From Leptospirales bacterium (GTDB taxonomy: Bacteria; Spirochaetota; Leptospiria; Turneriellales; JAOUFE01), in the NCBI GenBank assembly GCA_040326155.1, contig JBEQLE010000009.1, positions 12,399-76,398 on the forward strand: a stretch of 64,000 nucleotides of DNA, in the 5' to 3' direction. The first letter of the stretch is position 1; every line of letters begins with the position of its first letter. Below the pieces are notes generated by a model. It was not told the DNA's origin, did not search any database, and saw only the letters and a program-made list of their open reading frames with translations. Shown here piece by piece: positions 60,702-64,000 of the stretch. The translations under genes were made by a program, and so were the position numbers.

Positions 60702-61472
60702 ATGAAAGATTCTCGATTTTTTTTTATTTTAGGTATACAGAGATCTGGTACTACAATGTTGATGGATTTGTTGGGTAGTCATCCAGATGTATTAACAATC
60801 GGAGAGATATTAAAGCATAATGGAAAAATAAAATATCCTGAATTTTCATTTAAAATGTTCCTAGAAGAAAGTATTTTAAAACATAAAATACGTGATATTC
60901 ATGAAAATAATTCCGAAAATTTAAATGAGAAAAATCTGGATTCTTATTTTAATGAACTTCGATTTCGTATAGATAAAAAACTGATTGGCATTAAATTGAT
61001 GGTTTCTCAATTAAATCACACTCCTGATTTGTGGCGTATTATTTTTAAACATTGTAATACCGGCATATTAGTTAAAAGAAAAAACATAATACAGATTCTT
61101 GTTTCACGAATGACTGCAAAAAAAAGAGAAGCATATACACATGCAAAGAAACCCGAGGTAGTCACTGTTACCATTGATCCCGCCATAATAGTTAAACAGC
61201 TTGATCAAATAAAGCTTGAGCAGGAACAATCAGAAAAGATATTTTCCCAATTTGAGGGTTCAAAACAAACTTTTGTTTATGAAACTTTTAAGAATATACC
61301 GAGTGATTTTCAACGGCAACTTCACAAGCTATTAGATTTGAGTAAATATAATTTAACTACAGATTTGGTGAAATCAAATCCGGAATTTTTAAATGAAATT
61401 GTTGAAAATTATAAGGAATTGAAATTGGCATTAAGAGACCATCATCATTTTTTATCGGAAGAAATTAAATGA
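60702..61472 (+). CDS. Stf0-like sulfotransferase
   Basis: QRSGTT...LGSHPDV...GE, GIKLM, R.N...VS; ATG at 60702 preferred. Confidence 0.85.
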   Translation: MKDSRFFFILGIQRSGTTMLMDLLGSHPDVLTIGEILKHNGKIKYPEFSFKMFLEESILKHKIRDIHENNSENLNEKNLDSYFNELRFRIDKKLIGIKLMVSQLNHTPDLWRIIFKHCNTGILVKRKNIIQILVSRMTAKKREAYTHAKKPEVVTVTIDPAIIVKQLDQIKLEQEQSEKIFSQFEGSKQTFVYETFKNIPSDFQRQLHKLLDLSKYNLTTDLVKSNPEFLNEIVENYKELKLALRDHHHFLSEEIK

Positions 61473-62968
61473 GTATGAATGTAAATATTATCAGCTCAAC
61501 TCTGGATAAAGGTGGTGCAGGAATAGCTGCACTTCGACTTAAAAATGCCTTGGATAACGTTCCTGGGTTGCAGACACATACAATTGTTAGTAGAGAAAAC
61601 AAACATAAAGGTAACTCTGAGAGTTATATTCCAAAAATTGAACGATCTGCTACTTGGCGTTTGATATTTACCGAGTATATTAAAAAAAATCGTTCAAAAC
61701 TTTCTAACACTTTTTTCGATATAAGCCTCCATATTGAAGCAACAAATATCAAGAAAGGTATTACCGTTCAAAACGGAATTATTAATATACATTGGGTTGC
61801 TAATTTCTTGTCCATAAAAAATATTGGCGAGTTAGGTAATCTTAACATTCCTATGATATGGACGTTGCACGATGAAGGTCCGTACACCGGTGGTTGCCAC
61901 TACACAGCAGGGTGTACCAAATTTATAGAAGAGTGTTACTCCTGCCCACAATTAAAGGTTGATGATCATTATATTCCCCATAATGTACTTAAATATAAAA
62001 AATTAGTTTTTCCCGAAAATCTGCATATTGTGACACCCAGCGAATGGCTGAGTAAACGGGCCGCTCTTAGCACTCTTTTTAAAAACAATAAAATAACAAC
62101 GATACCAAATGGAATCGACACGGAGATTTTTAAGCCAATCAAAAAGGCAGACGCGAAAAAGATGTTGAATATTTCTCCAAATACATTTGTGTTGGCATTC
62201 GGTGCGGTAAATGTAAACAGCAGTAGAAAAGGATACCAACACCTTATCAATGTTATGAACCGGCTAAATAATGATACAGTTTTTAATAAAGTTATAAAAA
62301 AAAATAAAATTATGTTATTAACATTTGGGAAGTTTAATAAAAATAACATACCAATAGACATGGAAACCTGTAACCTGGGATTAGTTGACGATGAAAGTCA
62401 AATATCAAAAATTTTCGCCTCGGCAGATCTGTTCATTATGCCCTCCCTTGAAGATAATTTACCAAATACAATGTTAGAATCAATGGCTTCTGGAACCCCC
62501 GTTCTGAGTTTTCGTATCGGTGGTATACCCGATGTTATTAAACATAACCATAATGGCCTCTTGGTAAAACCATTTGATACCACGCAGATGGCTACCGAAA
62601 TTATTGATTATTTCAATGATAAAAAGAAACAACAAAGGTTAGGGAAAGCGGCTATTGATACCATTCGTTCTAACTATACGTTGGCTCACCAAGCCAAAAG
62701 GTATAAGGCTCTCTTTAGTAAATTAACGGAAGAAAATAAGTTGAAGGAGAAAGGTCAATCTTGTGACAGTATCCAGAGAGAAATTCCAAGCATTCCGAGA
62801 GAATTGAATTCCCTCTACCTGAAAGTTCGCAAAAAGGTTCCCTTATTGGTTAAAATTAAGCATAAGATAAAATATCATGAAAGTATAAGCAAAGACAGGT
62901 TTAAAATATATAAATTATTAGATATTATTTTTCAATATTGTCGGAAAGTTTATCGTCAATTTATTTAG
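61469..62968 (+). CDS. GT4 glycosyltransferase (WcaC-like)
   Basis: GGAGIAA, WTLHD...TGGCHY...C...C..CP, TPSEWL and EDNLPNTMLES motifs. Confidence 0.9.
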   Translation: MSMNVNIISSTLDKGGAGIAALRLKNALDNVPGLQTHTIVSRENKHKGNSESYIPKIERSATWRLIFTEYIKKNRSKLSNTFFDISLHIEATNIKKGITVQNGIINIHWVANFLSIKNIGELGNLNIPMIWTLHDEGPYTGGCHYTAGCTKFIEECYSCPQLKVDDHYIPHNVLKYKKLVFPENLHIVTPSEWLSKRAALSTLFKNNKITTIPNGIDTEIFKPIKKADAKKMLNISPNTFVLAFGAVNVNSSRKGYQHLINVMNRLNNDTVFNKVIKKNKIMLLTFGKFNKNNIPIDMETCNLGLVDDESQISKIFASADLFIMPSLEDNLPNTMLESMASGTPVLSFRIGGIPDVIKHNHNGLLVKPFDTTQMATEIIDYFNDKKKQQRLGKAAIDTIRSNYTLAHQAKRYKALFSKLTEENKLKEKGQSCDSIQREIPSIPRELNSLYLKVRKKVPLLVKIKHKIKYHESISKDRFKIYKLLDIIFQYCRKVYRQFI

Positions 62969-63091
62969 GCTGTTCATTTGAATTGAATGTGTAATGAAAA
63001 TGGATAAAATATCTTACGGGCTGAAGCCGCATTTTGGTTTTTCAGTGCGACAAAAAATTATAATCAGTTTAATATTATACTATAGAAGTAG

Positions 63092-63120
63092 TTGACAATT
63101 AGAAGTTATTTTGATATAAA
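63092..63120 (+). promoter_or_regulatory. Sigma-70 promoter for the last gene
   Basis: TTGACA-17 nt-TATAAA with a TG extension; RBS GAGGAG at 63137-63142. Confidence 0.7.
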
Positions 63121-63147
63121 TAGAAATCGGTTGAAAGAGGAGTTATA

Positions 63148-64000
63148 ATGATTATATGGCTTGCATCATACCCACGTTCTGGTAATACTTTTTTACGTAC
63201 AATTTTGAAATCGGCCTTTGGCCAAAAAACATACTCGATTTATAATGACAGGCAAGATATTTCTGTTGATAAAACCATCCGTAATATTACGGGGCATCAT
63301 GAGCTATCTGTTGATTTCGATTTTGAGAAAGCTCGTAAGAGTAAAAGAATTTATTTTATTAAAACACATGAGTTATTTGGCAAAGAAAATGAACATGATA
63401 AAGTAATCTATCTAATAAGAGACGGGCGGGAAGCGACTGTCTCTTATTATCACTATTTAAAAAATTTTTCACAAAATCGTTATACTTTGCTTGAAATCAT
63501 TAATGGACATACCTTTGCAGGTAGCTGGGGAAACCATTTTTTTAGCTGGCGGCAATGTCCTCCGGAGTCCATTCTTTTTTTGTCGTTTGAAAAAATTACC
63601 AAATTTCCTCAAAAATCGATTCAACTGATCTGTGACTTTACGGGATTAAAGCCGAGCGCCGAACCAACATACAATTTTAATGACCTGCAAAAAATAAATT
63701 CTCAATTTTTTCGAAGCGGAAAATTAGATTCCTATAAAAACGAGCTTAGCCAATATGAGCAGAAGTATTTCTGGATGGTAAACGGGCAAGCGATACGTGA
63801 GGCGAAGTATACGAAAAGAATACCTGATTTAACAAATGAATTGGAACGCGATGAACTTCTTTTTAAACATACGGAGCTGACTATTAAATTTAACAAACAA
63901 AAAGAGAATGAGTTTAAGCAAAAAGAGAAAGGGTTTAAGCAAAAAGAGAATGAGTTTAAGCAAAAAGAGAATGAGTTTAAGCAAAAAGAGAATGAGTTTA
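63148..64000 (+). CDS. Sulfotransferase with C-terminal coiled-coil repeat (runs off the window end; absent from the ORF track)
   Basis: Manual translation: MIIWLASYPRSGNTFLR...KTH...YLIRDGREATVSYYH...GSWGNHFFSW...FFRSGK, then QKENEFK repeats. Confidence 0.9.
   Translation, partial: MIIWLASYPRSGNTFLRTILKSAFGQKTYSIYNDRQDISVDKTIRNITGHHELSVDFDFEKARKSKRIYFIKTHELFGKENEHDKVIYLIRDGREATVSYYHYLKNFSQNRYTLLEIINGHTFAGSWGNHFFSWRQCPPESILFLSFEKITKFPQKSIQLICDFTGLKPSAEPTYNFNDLQKINSQFFRSGKLDSYKNELSQYEQKYFWMVNGQAIREAKYTKRIPDLTNELERDELLFKHTELTIKFNKQKENEFKQKEKGFKQKENEFKQKENEFKQKENEF
63898..64000 (+). repeat. In-frame 21-bp tandem repeat (at least 4.9 copies) encoding QKENEFK
   Basis: Unit CAAAAAGAGAATGAGTTTAAG at 63898, 63919 (variant QKEKGFK), 63940, 63961 and 63982 (truncated). 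Confidence 0.95.

Noticed and set aside
421..63406. Many 60-150 aa ORFs antisense to or nested in long genes (e.g. 1711-2175, 13806-14210, 14918-15403, 34199-34597, 61969-62361, 63218-63406)
   Set aside because: Shadow frames of well-supported genes with no independent motifs.
1..64000. tRNA, rRNA, IS transposase or known riboswitch
   Set aside because: No cloverleaf, rRNA-like tract, transposase ORF or recognisable aptamer consensus found by eye; a covariance-model scan was not run.

Overview
AT-rich bacterial chromosomal window that looks like a Leptospirales-type spirochaete (spiro-SPASM locus, spirochaetal lipoboxes, LIC_/LA_-like orphan families; the taxonomy is inferred, not searched). 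It holds housekeeping genes (lgt 3' end, der, gatA, hisS, nnr, gatB, radC, hppA, uvrD/pcrA, glyQ, dapF, rnpB, msrA). A 1.2 kb gene-free interval (10841-12016) has the layout of a replication origin: clustered DnaA boxes, a box/GC-patch/AT-rich unwinding module, inverted repeats and 61-bp direct repeats, with no dnaA nearby. Other blocks are a membrane-LuxR-linked six-gene Lol-like ABC + LolA-like + two-beta-barrel (one Omp85-like) operon, a two-methyltransferase AlwI-family restriction-modification system, c-di-GMP/cAMP signalling genes, and, from about 49 kb to the end, a surface-glycan locus with six sulfotransferase domains, an MBOAT O-acyltransferase, Wzm and an embedded tail-collar/DUF6916-like pair. 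The last gene is a truncated sulfotransferase ending in a 21-bp tandem repeat that encodes a heptad coiled coil. All family calls come from motif recognition only; no database searches were run.
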